The position numbers and the translations under genes were made by a program. Under the pieces are notes generated by a model. That model was not told where the DNA came from. It did not search any database and worked only from the letters and a program-made list of their open reading frames with translations. From Octopus sinensis (lineage: Eukaryota), in contig NC_043018.1 in the NCBI RefSeq assembly GCF_006345805.1, forward strand, positions 434,001 through 498,000: a DNA stretch of 64,000 bases. Direction: 5' to 3'. Below, in pieces: positions 27,000-39,699 of this stretch. Each line of letters starts with the position of its first letter. Within the stretch, counting starts at the first letter, position 1.

Positions 27000-27330
27000 T
27001 TTTTCTTAAACACTAAAATCTCCTTCCCAAACATCCATCCATCACCTCACCACTTTCAAAACGATACAAACTCCCAATGTTTCACTTTTTGCGTTTTGGA
27101 AAGCGGCGAAGTTTCTTCAGAAATAATGTTCTTTACCTTTTTTTCTAGCATGTTGGGTCTTCTATTGGAGGTCTGGTATTTCTTACGTATTTTATTTCAG
27201 TACAATTCTCTGCGTGCGTGAAATATCAGACGAAAGTGAAACATTGGGAGGTCTTAGCTTTTTGAATGCGGTAGGTGTCGGGTAGGTGACGTCTTGTATG
27301 GGGCATTGAGTGTTTCTTTAAGAAAAATTA
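27000..27330. mobile_element. Old foldback/MITE with long imperfect inverted repeats
   Basis: Perfect 18-bp core ctcccaatgtttcacttt (~27071) / aaagtgaaacattgggag (~27232), with imperfect complementarity continuing outward. Confidence 0.55.
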
Positions 27331-27854
27331 AACTTTAAATAAAATATTTATATCCCATATTCGTAGTCTCTCTATTTTTGTACGTGGATGAAGAAGATCT
27401 TTTTAAAAAATCGATGAAAAGTCACAAAACAAGAAACTGAGATGAGAACGGGGAAATTAATATTTTGAAAATGTGATTTCTGAGCAAAATCGTATTAACC
27501 CCATCTTATACGATGAAACAATACACAGTTTGCGATCCTTCTTAAGAACAGAAATAGCAATCATGCAAACCCATATAAGTTGAATCCTCCTCCACTTCAC
27601 TTTTAAACAAACTATAACTTTCATTACGCCAGTAATCCGTTTCACTATATATCAGCTGTGCCGGTTCTTCCCATAAGAAAGGAACAAATAATACAATGTG
27701 GCTGTGGGTCAAAACATTGTGGCAACGCTGGGATGCATTGGTAGTGTGTATCTGTATACATATATACATGTATATATGTGTGTGTGCATACGTGCGTGTG
27801 TGTTTGAGTGTATGTATGTGTGTGTGTGCGTGTGTCTTTCCGTACGTATTTCAG

Positions 27855-28005
27855 CGTGTGTCTTAAGAAGCTTGCTTCTCAAACACAGGATTGCAGTTCA
27901 GTTCCACAACGTGTCAGTTTTATCATGTGTCTTCCACTACAGCTCGTGGTCAACCGAAGCCTTGCAAATGTAGATGGCAGGCGGAAACTAAAAGAAGCTT
28001 GTCGC

Positions 28006-28010
<5 letters not shown>
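27855..28010 (+). mobile_element. Old diverged family A-type SINE fragment
   Basis: aagaagcttgcttctcaaacac...cggaaactaaaagaagc. Confidence 0.65.
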
Positions 28011-28085
<75 letters not shown>

Positions 28086-28119
28086 TGTGTGTGTGTGTAT
28101 GTGTGCGTGTGTGTGTGTA

Positions 28120-28149
<30 letters not shown>

Positions 28150-28150
<1 letters not shown>

Positions 28151-28500
28151 ATTTTTGCAAAGAACTTGCAGATGCAAGTGCAACCAGTTGAAAGTACCGC
28201 ATACCGGATGCTAAGATGTTTACGGACCCCTCAGCGAATTATGCGTGCCGTTTCGGGGCCTACCTCTCGACGGCATCATTGTGCACCGGCCCCACTTCAC
28301 TGAAATGAGGCTTGCTTGCTAGATCAACTGATTATCAGGTTTCTCCTAGAATTCTTCTAGCCATTGCTCATCGTCTCTTTTTAACCAAATTCAGTGGCTT
28401 GCCTTGTCCACATGTTCCAATTTCGTTGCTTTGAATTAGGCCTAACAATACCAAAAGTTGCCTCACACTATGTCCAACAAATTCTCTACTTTCGCTTTCG
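28150..28500 (-). mobile_element. Decayed non-LTR retrotransposon C-terminus (LOA/Lian-like CCHC region)
   Basis: Minus-strand peptides WNMWTRQATEF...KNSRRNL...CRREVGPETARII...LSIRYAVL resemble CRxC...ETxxHxxCxCxAL..IR..L. Confidence 0.45.
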
Positions 28501-29110
28501 ATTGGAAATTGCTCCGCTTTCCAGCCTGCATTATAATGTTCCTCAAAATAAAATTATACCCTAAAAATATTCGGCGAATACTGGTGTAAAATGACTACAA
28601 TATAACGAAAGTCCCTCTAAATTGCTTGGTCACTTGTTTTTTTTACCTGCTACTTTTGGTCCGGCTAGATATCTGCATGAATACTAGAACTGTACAGTAA
28701 TTATATGGGAGTGCATAATCTGAAGCGGTCACGGAGACAGCTAGCGCTGAGGGTATTATTGAGCGTGCTAGAGAGAACAGTGGTAGCTGTGCAAAGCAAA
28801 TACAATGAAGGAAGTTTTGACGAATGCTTGTGTATGAAGAAGATCGACTCACCTGCATGAACACTGATTGTTATTTGTGTTATATTAATCCCAATGGGAC
28901 ATTTAAGTTACACTCTATTTGAGTTTGTAAAAATCGTGTTTGCAGTATGGTTGGCAATATTGAAAGACCTGAGGCATTGGTTATAAACATTTATCTGTAT
29001 ATGTTTTATCATATGCATATTGCATCAATTACTGCCCTGTTTAAGTCATCATATACCACATTCTCTCTATTTCTAGATTCGTATATTCATATAAGCAATA
29101 ATAAATCTCT

Positions 29111-29434
29111 GTGAGGGCGCGTGGCTTAGTGGTTAGGGCATTCGGCTCATGATCGTAAGGTTGTGAGTTCGATTCCCGGCGACGCGTTGTGTCCTTGAGC
29201 AAGACACTTTATTTCACGTTGCTCCAGTCCACTCAGCTGGCAAAAATGAGTTGTACTTGTATTTCAAAGGGTCAGCCTTGTCACTCTCTGTGTCACGCTG
29301 ATTATCCCCGAGAACTACGTTAAGGGTACACGTGTCTGTGGAATGCTCAGCCATTTGCACGTTAATTTCACGAGCAAGCTGTTCCGTTGATCGTATCAGC
29401 TGGGACCCTCGTCGTCGTAACCGGCGGAGTCTTT
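29111..29434 (+). mobile_element. Chimeric SINE: family D head/core plus family B tail, with TSD
   Basis: Junction aaaaatgagttgtac|ttgtatttcaaaggg; TSD aataaatctct at 29100-29110 and 29438-29448. Confidence 0.88.
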
Positions 29435-29437
29435 TAA

Positions 29438-29514
29438 AATAAATCTCTGAACGAGGTATAAACAGTAATTGCACGTCGTGCAGTTACTGTTTATACCTCG
29501 TTCATAGATTTATT
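29438..29514. repeat. Near-perfect palindrome (38-bp arms, 1-nt loop)
   Basis: aataaatctctgaacgaggtataaacagtaattgcacg-t-cgtgcagttactgtttatacctcgttcatagatttatt, 2 mismatches. Confidence 0.95.
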
Positions 29515-29617
29515 ATTGCTTGTATACACTTTTTCAAGATCAGTGACGAAAAGTTACTGGAAAAAGGATATTGATATTTGCATTGGGAACTCCTTTCATC
29601 GAAAACCGGTGATTGTC

Positions 29618-29664
29618 ATACGCTGACGACGGGTCAAGACCCAGAAACTGCAGTCCCTGCGTAT
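29618..29664 (+). ncRNA. Type I hammerhead ribozyme-like motif
   Basis: atacg CTGACGA c-gggtc-aa-gaccc-a GAAA ctgca GTC cctg cgtat. Core intact, palindromic helix III, helix I with a 4-nt bulge. Confidence 0.6.
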
Positions 29665-30039
29665 CACTTAGGTTGACAAGGAAGGATGAGCTCCCTTTGC
29701 AAATACCGTTAGGGCACAGAAAGTGTGCCTATAGCCAGCTGGAGACGATGTTCTCCTGGGGCTACAAGCTACAGTAACACCTACCCTTAGTGGTTAGCCA
29801 TATTGAGATGGCAAATATACCTCACACCTTATATTGATATAATTTATCATGTACTTCTATAGATATTTTAGAAAATATATTTTAATTAGAAAACAGTACT
29901 TTAATAGTGGCTGTTGAATAGATTATTTGCTCGGTAAAATTTCAGCTACTTATTTGAGGGGGTTAAAATATCCAAGAACGTAACTACTTTGTAATCTTCT
30001 GAGTCCTCTTTCAGTGAATATTTTTAGCGATACAATTTT

Positions 30040-30560
30040 CGGCTTGGGATCCATTTCTCTAAATCTTGACAATGTCAGCTCTCGCATTCATGCAAATATC
30101 TCGTCGGATCAAAGAGAGGCCGTTCGAAAAACTACAGCTCAGACAATTCAAAGAGATTTAATATGAAGTCACAGATAAAGATTGTGTAAATATGGTCGTA
30201 AGAAGGGCGACTATTGGGAGAATCAATCAGGAATGATATCAAGCGTTTCATAGTTGACGTTATAGGTATATCAAACCAATCTTTACTTAATATTTTAAAA
30301 TGAACAAATGTGCAAGTTCTGAGAACAACCGCTTTACATTCCTGCTAAACCTCTCTGATTTTATTGCAATGCAACTTGGAGAAGACTTGAGTCGCGGAGA
30401 AATTCTGCATTCCAGTAAAGTTAAAATACTTTGAGATTGGGAGAATTGACAAGGATGAAAAAGCCTATACAAGGAAAGGTCACGTAGATGCATGGCCACC
30501 GATGCCCTTGGTTGCCAGGATGCACCTGGAATATACGGGCTACATTGTGAGGCCACAGGG
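30040..30560 (+). mobile_element. Decayed Tc1-like transposase remnant
   Basis: Frameshifted peptides GRKK, IKRFIVD, VLRTTALHS, KVKIL*DWEN, DEKAYTRKG occur in the order expected for the Tc1 HTH-to-DDE region. Confidence 0.4.
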
Positions 30561-31309
30561 TGTAGTTCTTCTATTGACAGACTTCATTTTGTAACTTTTA
30601 TATATTATAAATTTCACCTCGCTTTGTTCATAATCGATATTTCACCTAATACCCCGAACTTTTTCTAATTTCTGCTCGATATATCCTCTAGACGGCCGTA
30701 CATACAGTTAGAAATCACCACCACCACAACCACCACCACCACCATCATGACCACCATCTTCTTGTTCTTTTTCTTCTCATCATCGATTTGTCGTTATCAT
30801 TGTCATCCTCGTCCACGTCCCCCTCCCCTTCCTCCTCCTGCTTTCCCTCCCTTCTCCTCCTCTTCTCCTCTTCTCAATAGAATATTGCCGTATGTATGTA
30901 TGTATATATATATACATATATATATATATATACTATCTGTGTCTGTGTGTGTATACTATATCCATATAAATAAAAAAAAATATATATATATATATCCATA
31001 CATATAATTGTATCTAATACATATATACTTCGTAAAAACACATACACAAGCACATACATACACACAAGCACTCACGCACTAACATACATGCTCTGACTGT
31101 GCCTGTGTGTGCGTACGCTTATTGTTGTTATTAGTGTAGCATTGACAGCTGTTTCAATTATATTTCCTTACAATATAGAATAAATAACTTTAAATTGAAT
31201 TTGAACTGAGTTGAACTGACCAAGACATTCTCTGCCGACACGCTAAGATTTAATATGAAGTCACGGATAATAAAGTATGAATATGTCTTGTATACATACA
31301 TAACTATAA

Positions 31310-31381
<72 letters not shown>

Positions 31382-31786
31382 CATATATCTACATACATAT
31401 ATATAGAGAGATAAATACATAAAAACACACACATACACACACACACACACATATATATATGTGTGTGTGTGCATACATATATTTATATAATCCGAATGTA
31501 ACGTCATTCTATCTTCCTGTTTTTCTGCTACTTTACTCCGAGTTTCAGAAAACTTTCAAGGATACTGCATATCTTCAATTAGATGAGATGTGAAATATAC
31601 ATACATATATATGTATATTGAAACACACACATGCACACACATATAAGCATATATTTCTATACATATATATAAATATATATATATATATCCCTTTCTCTCC
31701 CTTTCGCTCTCTCTCTCTCTTTCTGTATCTATCTATCTATCTGTCTATTTCGCCCGCTCTGTGTGTGTATATATATATATATATTC

Positions 31787-32159
31787 CTTTATTCTTTTAC
31801 TTGTGTCAGTCATTTGACTGCGGCCATGCTGGGGCATCGCCTTTAGTCGAGCAAATTGACCCCGGGAATTATTCTTTGTAAGTATAGAACTTATTCTCAC
31901 GGTCTGTTTTGTCGAACCGGTAGGTTACGGGGACGTTAAAACACAAGGATCGGTTGTCATGTGATGGTGGGGAACAAACACAGACACACAAACACACACA
32001 CATATTTACGACGGGCGCCTTTCAGTTTCCATCTACCAAATCCTCTCACTAGGCTTTAGTCAACCCGAGGTTATAGTAGAAGACACTTACCCAAGGTGCC
32101 ACGCAGTAAAACTCAACCCGGAACCATGTGGTTGGTATACAAGCTACTTACCACAACCT

Positions 32160-32162
<3 letters not shown>
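31787..32162 (-). mobile_element. SINE family A, diverged
   Basis: Homology to A along its length. Confidence 0.85.
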
Positions 32163-32195
<33 letters not shown>

Positions 32196-32388
32196 TATGC
32201 ATATGTATATATATATATGTGTGTGTGTGTATGTGTGTATATATATATGTATATATATATATATACATGTATGTATGTATGTATATATATATATATATGT
32301 GTGTGTATAGGTATATATATATGTATATATATATATATATATGTGTGTGTGTATATATATGTATATATAAGCAATTAAGGGTTTAGCA

Positions 32389-33159
32389 ACGAATTGCCTC
32401 ACCACACACCGAATTTAGAAATAGCAGTCAAAGAGTTATAGCTATTCTTTCTACTAAAAGGGAGATCTCAGTAAAAACACAGCACTTGAAAGGCAAACAC
32501 AGACAGGTAAGAGAAAATGAAATGACGGCAATCTATCATACAATTTTAAGTCACCTACGGACGTACGTTTCGAAATCAAGTTTTAGGAAAGCATAAGAAT
32601 TAGAAAATTCTACCTTCGAATGAGGCTTTTACATGCCGAAATCTACTTGGTGTAATTAATAATTATTTCAAATTAATTAATTTCACCATTTATTGTTACT
32701 GATAACCATATTTTATCCCAGTAAATGACCACAGCATCTTGTCTTGGCTACACGCGGGTGGAAAGGGGCTGGTGACACAAACTTTCATTCACGCTTTGAA
32801 TTTCGTGGTACTGGTAATGCTTTGACTCGCTCTGACACTGAGTTGAGATAATGCCTTCTAGTATCTCAAAATTTAATATACAATTATTCATAATTGTAGT
32901 ATGCTACGCTGATAAGAAAAGAAGTTTGGGTAAGGTAGAATTTTCTAATTCTTATGCTTTCCTAAAACTTGATTTCGAAACGTACGTCCGTAGGTGACTT
33001 AAAATTGTATGATAGATTGCCGTCATTTCATTCTCTCTTACCTGTCTGTGTTTGCCTTTCAAGTGCTGTGTTTTTACTGAGATCTCCCTTTTAGTAGAAA
33101 GAATAGCTATAACTCTTTGACTGCTATTTCTAAATTCGGTGTGTGGTGAGGCAATTCGT
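32389..33159. repeat. 228-bp inverted repeat (32389-32616 / 32932-33159), 315-bp spacer
   Basis: Base-by-base comparison gave 227/228 identity. Confidence 0.95.
32904..32993 (+). ncRNA. Type I hammerhead-like motif with long helix II (G8A variant)
   Basis: ctacg CTGATAA g...c GAAA cgtac GTC cgtag. Helix I is in exact register, helix III contains a palindrome, helix II is ~60 nt and self-complementary. Confidence 0.65.
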
Positions 33160-33476
33160 AGCTCGTGGTCGATCGAAGCCTTGCGAATGTTGTTGGTAGC
33201 CGGAAACTAAAAGAAGCTTGTCGAATATATACATGTGTATGTGTGTATTTTTGCAAAGAAATTGCAGATGCAAGTGTACCACTTGAAAGCTCCGCATACC
33301 GGATGCTAAGATGCTTAAATATTAAGTAAAATTGCTTAGTATTACTTAAATTTTCCTCGAATGAGGCTTTTACATGCCGAAATCTACTTGGTGTAATTAA
33401 TAATTATTCCAAATTAATTAATTTCACCCTTTATTGTTACTGATATGTATATATATAATATATATATACATGTATG

Positions 33477-33555
<79 letters not shown>

Positions 33556-33873
33556 GTGCGTCTCGTATTTGACTTCGAATATATTTCGACTGGTTATTTA
33601 TTTTCGCAAAGCTTTGTGTATTATTCAGTGTATGTGTATATATGTATATGTGTACGTATGCATGCAAGTATGTGCGTGCGTATTTATGTATTTACATACG
33701 TATGTATGTTTGTGTGGACGGTCTCTTCTACTTTCATTCATGTGAAGTCTTCCAGTACGAGAGAGTTTTATTCAAGCAAAGTTACAAAGGAAACTCGTTG
33801 AACTCTCAATGATATTAGCAATATAAGAGATTGAGTTTGAGAAATGCTTTGCATATTTTTACTTTCCGCCCAC

Positions 33874-33911
<38 letters not shown>

Positions 33912-34226
33912 TAGTTTTTGAGACAGAACCACCTTTAACTCAATCAACATTGAAAGATTTTATACCAGTCCACTCCATAAAATGTTAAGTATTAAATCTA
34001 ATACTAACTATATCTAGTTTGAATCCAGTATTGTCCGTTTATAAGTCTATATATGTAGTCTTAAGATTTTATGGAGTGGTCGGGTATAAAATATTTTCGG
34101 GTTGATTGAATTAAAGGTGCTTCTGTCTCTAAACCTACTTTTATACGTACGAATACAACATCGATAGATGTTCATTTCAGTACATCTAATTTGCATATGT
34201 CTTTTTCCTGTGTATGTAATATTCCC

Positions 34227-34293
<67 letters not shown>

Positions 34294-34544
34294 TAATATA
34301 ATAATAATAATAACATAATTATATATTATAGTGCGTGTGTTTTTATTGGCTAAATTGGCAAAATGACCATTCCGAAATATAACAATATCTGTTTCAACAC
34401 ACGACTTCACATAAAAAATCTTGCACAACTAGTATATATATATATATACAAATCCTCTATGCTGATGAAATGTAGTTCTAATTGCTCACACTGAGGCTAA
34501 ATTGTATTTCTTTTATATTGCAGGCTATATTTTTATTACTTTTA

Positions 34545-35400
34545 GACTTACCATCAGTCTGAAGAAAAGAAAGGTCATGTTCTATCAGCCACCAGCGCAA
34601 CACTATGTGGAACCTAACATCTTTGTCCAAGGTACAATATTAGATGTGGTTGACTAGTTCATCTAACTTGGCAGCTCTCTCTCTAGTAATGGATCCCTCG
34701 ATTCGGAAATAAACCTGAGAATTGAAAAAGCTAGCAAAGCATTTGCAATGCTTGAAATTCCTCTTTGATGTGAAATAGGTTTCACCTTCAAAACCAAACA
34801 CTGTATCAATGAATCTTGGATTTTAACGGTCCTCTTCTTGTAAAACCTGGACGACATATCGGCGCCACATCAAAGCTTCAGAAGATTCCATCAGACTTGC
34901 CCCAGGAAGATACTAAACATCAAATCGAAGTCTTTAACACCAGACACAGTTGTTCTTCAGCAAGCTAACATATCCAGTATTGAAATGATCCTCATACGCA
35001 GTCAGATGCGTTGGGCTGGGCACATTGCTATGATGGAGGATGACAGGTTGCCAAAGCAGTTGTTTTACGGGGAGTTGCCGCGTGGGAAACGTCCGAGACA
35101 TAAACCTAAGAAACGTTTTAGGGATGCTTTGAAAAGCAACCTTAAGGTTCTTAATGTGAAAGTTAAAGCCTGGCCGCAGATGACGCAAGATTGATCGGTT
35201 TGGATACAAATGATCTACAATAGATGTAAAACATTGAAGCGGGAAGAATTCAACATTCTATCTGGAAACGAGCACTTCGTAGACAGGACTTAGCTAAATT
35301 TCAGACACTTTTCAGCTTTAAAATATTTGTAAGATCTGTAGTAGAATGTGTTTGCCAAGGGCAGAACTCGTTAGACATTTAAGATCTCATGATACTATAT
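34545..35400 (+). mobile_element. RTE-clade LINE RT/C-terminal pseudo-ORF
   Basis: TISLKKRKV..QPP..YVEPNIFV; EINLRIEKASKAFAML; SQMRWAGHIAMMEDDRLPKQLFYGELPRGKRPRHKPKKRFRDALK; stops and frameshifts. Confidence 0.9.
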
Positions 35401-36104
35401 ATTAATTGAAGAGACAGCCTTCTTCTGTAACGAAGTGGCAAATATCATCATCTTCATCATCATCATTATCATCATCATCTATATATATACACATACACAT
35501 ACATACATCTAAATGAATGCTTGTAGGTGCGCAACCGCTGACACTGTCAGCATTTTCTTGATTGCTCTGGGGCCTTTGTTAGAAATCTCACACTTTAAAT
35601 ATAAAACATTTATTTGGCATCGACTTTTTATAATTTAAAATATGTATTATTGTAAAGAATAAAAATTTTTGAATGGTACATCAATGCACTATAATACAGA
35701 CAATGGGTTATTTACCTGTTTTAATTTAGGCATCCATAGTCTGATATGATATTTGGGAATAATATTCCTTCTTCAGATATTCTTAGAAGAAGGGATATAT
35801 TCTGAAATAGCATATCAGACTAACAGGTATATAGCCCATTGTCTGAATTATAGTGTATTGTCGTACCATTCAAACTTTTTTATTCTTTACAAACAATACA
35901 CTATGCTTCAAGCGAACTACAATATCTCCTACGTATTATTGTAAATTACAGTTTTATAGTCTAGTTCATTTTAGCTCACATTTCTCTCTAGTTTTCATAT
36001 ACCTCGTCTTCTATTTATAATATCGAACCACTAAATTAGCGTAAACACACCGACAACCATTGACGATCAGTGGTGTTGGACATTTATATACGTAAACTTG
36101 TCTA

Positions 36105-36400
36105 TGTATGGCAAAATGGTTAGATCGTTGAGTTCACACTCATGAGGCTGTGAATTCGAATCCTGCACAGGGATGTGTGTTGTGTTCTTCAGTAAGACAC
36201 TTTATTTCATGCTGGTCTAGAATATTCGGCTGTAGAAATCAGGTGTGACAGTACAGGTGCCAAGCTGTATCGACCGTTGCCTTTCCCTTGGTGGCGTGGC
36301 GACAAAATTCTGGTATGTATGGCAACAACCTGCCCGGGCTCTTGCTTCAGAAGGTAACTTTCTAGGTGCAATCCCATGGTCATTCATGATCGAAGGTTTA
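36105..36400 (+). mobile_element. SINE family D, diverged
   Basis: gtgttcttcagtaagacacttt...caggtgccaagctgtatcgacc...ctaggtgcaatcccatggtcattcatgatcgaagg. Confidence 0.8.
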
Positions 36401-36408
36401 TAGATACA

Positions 36409-36787
36409 TAGCTTGCTTACCAACCACATGGTTCCGGGTTCAGTCCCACTGCGTGGCACTTTGGGCAAGTGTCTTCTACTATGGCCTCGGGCCGACCAGA
36501 CACTTGTGAGTGGTTTTAGTAGACGGAAAGTGAAAGAAGCCCTTGGTGTATATATATATGTATATATATATATGTGTGTGTATGTGTGTGTGTATGTGTG
36601 TGTGTATGCATCTATGTCTGTGCCTGTTCCCCCAACATCGCTTCACAACAGATGGTGGTGTGTTTACGACCCCGTAACATAGCGGTTTGGCAAAAGAATA
36701 AGCCCTGGGGTCGATTTGCTCGACTAAAGGCGGTGCTCCAACATGGCCGCAGTCAAATGACTGAAACAAGTAAAAGAGTAAAAGAGT
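36409..36787 (+). mobile_element. SINE family A, 5'-clipped
   Basis: Starts at tagcttgcttaccaaccac and ends in the gtaaaagagt tail. Confidence 0.88.
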
Positions 36788-37096
36788 AGATAGAAGGAAT
36801 GTGGGAGAGAAAATTAAAGATTATTAATGCAGTGCGCACGAGGAATTCAGTTACTCTCCTCTAAGTGAAATTACTACATTAGTGACGAAAGATTATTATT
36901 AATTCTGTTTCCTTAGCGCTCTAAATCGTAGGTTTTGGCAGGATTGGATTGGACAGTATGTTTCAATTACTGTTTAATATATTCTAGGTTACACGTAATA
37001 TAATCCTTTTTATTGGTTCTCCTTGAAATTGAAACAGCCTCTCCCACAGCTGTGAGCATGTCCTCAGTAATTCAGAGGCATAAATTGTAGGGAATT

Positions 37097-37480
37097 AGAA
37101 GCACTCCGTCGGTTACGACGATGAGGGTTCCGGTTGATCCGAATCAACGGAACAGCCTGCTCGTGAAATTAACGTGTTAGTAGCTGAGCACTCCACAGAC
37201 ACGTGCACCCTTAACGTAGTTCTCGGGGATATTCAGCGTGACACAGAGAGTGACTAGACTAGGCCCTTGAAATACAGGTACAACAGAAACAGGAAGTAAG
37301 AGTGAGAGAAAGTTGTGGTGAAAGAGTACAGCAGGGATCACCACCATCCCCTGTCGGAGCCTCGTGGAGCTTTTAGGTGTTTTCACTCAATAAACACACA
37401 CAACGCCCGGTCTGGGAATCGAAACCGCGATCCTATGACCGCGAGTCCGCTGCCCTAACCACTAGGCCATTGCGCCTCCC
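37097..37480 (-). mobile_element. SINE family B with 9-bp TSD
   Basis: TSD gtagggaat at 37087-37095 and 37481-37489. Confidence 0.92.
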
Positions 37481-38115
37481 GTAGGGAATATTGCATAGAG
37501 AATTGAACTAGCTCATCGTAGAGAAGTGTCCTATAGAAATAAACCGGAATAAAGCTCTGCAATGTACAAGACAGTAAATGTAGGGCATACAAAAAAAAAA
37601 CAGTCTTATAATTCACAGTAGATTGACGCGTTATTGCACAGTAATACAACGCTGAATATATATGCATTCGGGTGAATATAATACAAGTGAAATAGAATGT
37701 ATGTTACAACAGAATAAAGTTCATATTAAATTATAAAAAAGCAAAAATGAATGGAAAGCGGGGTACTTGAAAAATGGAAAGAAATGCAAGCTGAAATGAA
37801 CCAGACGATAAAACTGAAATATTCCAAAAAAAAAAAAAAAAAATTCAAAGTGTATGCCAAAGAAATGTTATTTTTTTTGTAATTATGGTGTTGAATTTTA
37901 AACCATGGCCCCCGAACAATCAAGAGGTAGATGATAATGTTGGTGGTTGCACACATGCATGTATTCATTCATATATACATATATACATACATATACACAT
38001 GCATACATATATATATATACATACAAATATAGACACACGCACACGTATACACATATATACATACATATAGAAGTTTGTGTGTAAGTAAATGAACTTCATG
38101 AAGATAGATATACGA

Positions 38116-38147
<32 letters not shown>

Positions 38148-38921
38148 GTATATATATATGTATGTATATGTATATATATATGTATGTATATATGCGTGTT
38201 TATATACATGTATACTACATATATATACTCACACACACACACACATATATATATACATATATATACATATATATTCACATATATATACATATATTCACAT
38301 ATATATATATATATATACGCACACAAATATATATGTGTATATATCTATATGTATGTATGTGTGTGTGTGTGTGTGAGTGTGGGTGGATGTGTAGATGTAT
38401 GTTTCTTTATATATATGGGCGTAGGTGTGTGAATGAGCACGTATCAGTGTGTGTGTGCGTGTGTGCGGGTGTTGATAGAGGAGGGAGGTGTGATTTCTGA
38501 GTATGTGTAAGAAATTCTGATATTACATGCAAAGTAGTAAAACACTATTTTAATACGTCGCTGTGTCTGCTGACACTAGCGACATTCTCATATCTTTCCT
38601 TCTTTGTTGCTGTCTGCCTTCTTTTCTCTTCATTTCTGTTTCCTTCCGATATTCTCTCTCAATTTCTGTCCCTGCGCCCGCAGGTATGTGTGTGTGCGTA
38701 GGGGTGTGTGTCTGCAAGTTTTGCGCGTCTGCAAGTTTTGCGCGTGGGAGTGACTAGATGGGCACATGCTTAAGTTCATGTGTACAGCATACTCATATAT
38801 GCGCATATGGTATCTGGAATAATGCTATAAGTATATATAATATATATATTATATATATATTATATATATATATATATATATTAATATATATCTATATATA
38901 TATATATACATATATAACTAT

Positions 38922-38978
<57 letters not shown>

Positions 38979-39028
38979 ATACATATATATAGATATATAC
39001 ATATATATATATATACATATATATATAC

Positions 39029-39061
<33 letters not shown>

Positions 39062-39699
39062 CATATATATACATATATATCACATACTATATATACATAT
39101 ATATATATATATATATACACTATATATATATATATATTATACATATATATATATATACATACATATATATATATATATATACACACACTTTATACGTAAG
39201 CATATATAATATATATATAGGTGTGTGTGGATATATATGCCTATATATATATGCATATGTACATATTTATATATGTCAAGATATGTTCGGTTGAATACGT
39301 AGTGGCGTAAATGTGTTACATGTGCGTATATCATGTGTATTGATTGGGGAAATGTTCATACATGAATATGTATGTGTGTGTGTGATTGTGTGTGTGTGTG
39401 TATGCGTGTGTGTATATTAGTGTGTGTGTGATTGTGTGCATATAGGAGTAAATGTGTGTATGCATATCGAAGTTCATGAACTAAAAACAGATATATACCT
39501 GTCTCATCGAAAAAATTTTATAAATAGGAGGACTTAGTTATAATCCACAAGTTATGTATTTTTGCTGTGACGATTGCTGACGGCCTGATACAGAGAAAAA
39601 CTATACAAGATATCTCAGAGATATACTGCGATGACTACTTTAATTTTATTTATTCTCATATATATATATATATATATATATGCACATTCTTTTAATTTT

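Noticed and set aside
29686-29736. SECIS-like spacing ATGA-11 nt-AAA...GA downstream of the hammerhead
   Set aside because: Helix II pairs poorly, a competing hairpin is stronger, and there is no upstream UGA-containing ORF.
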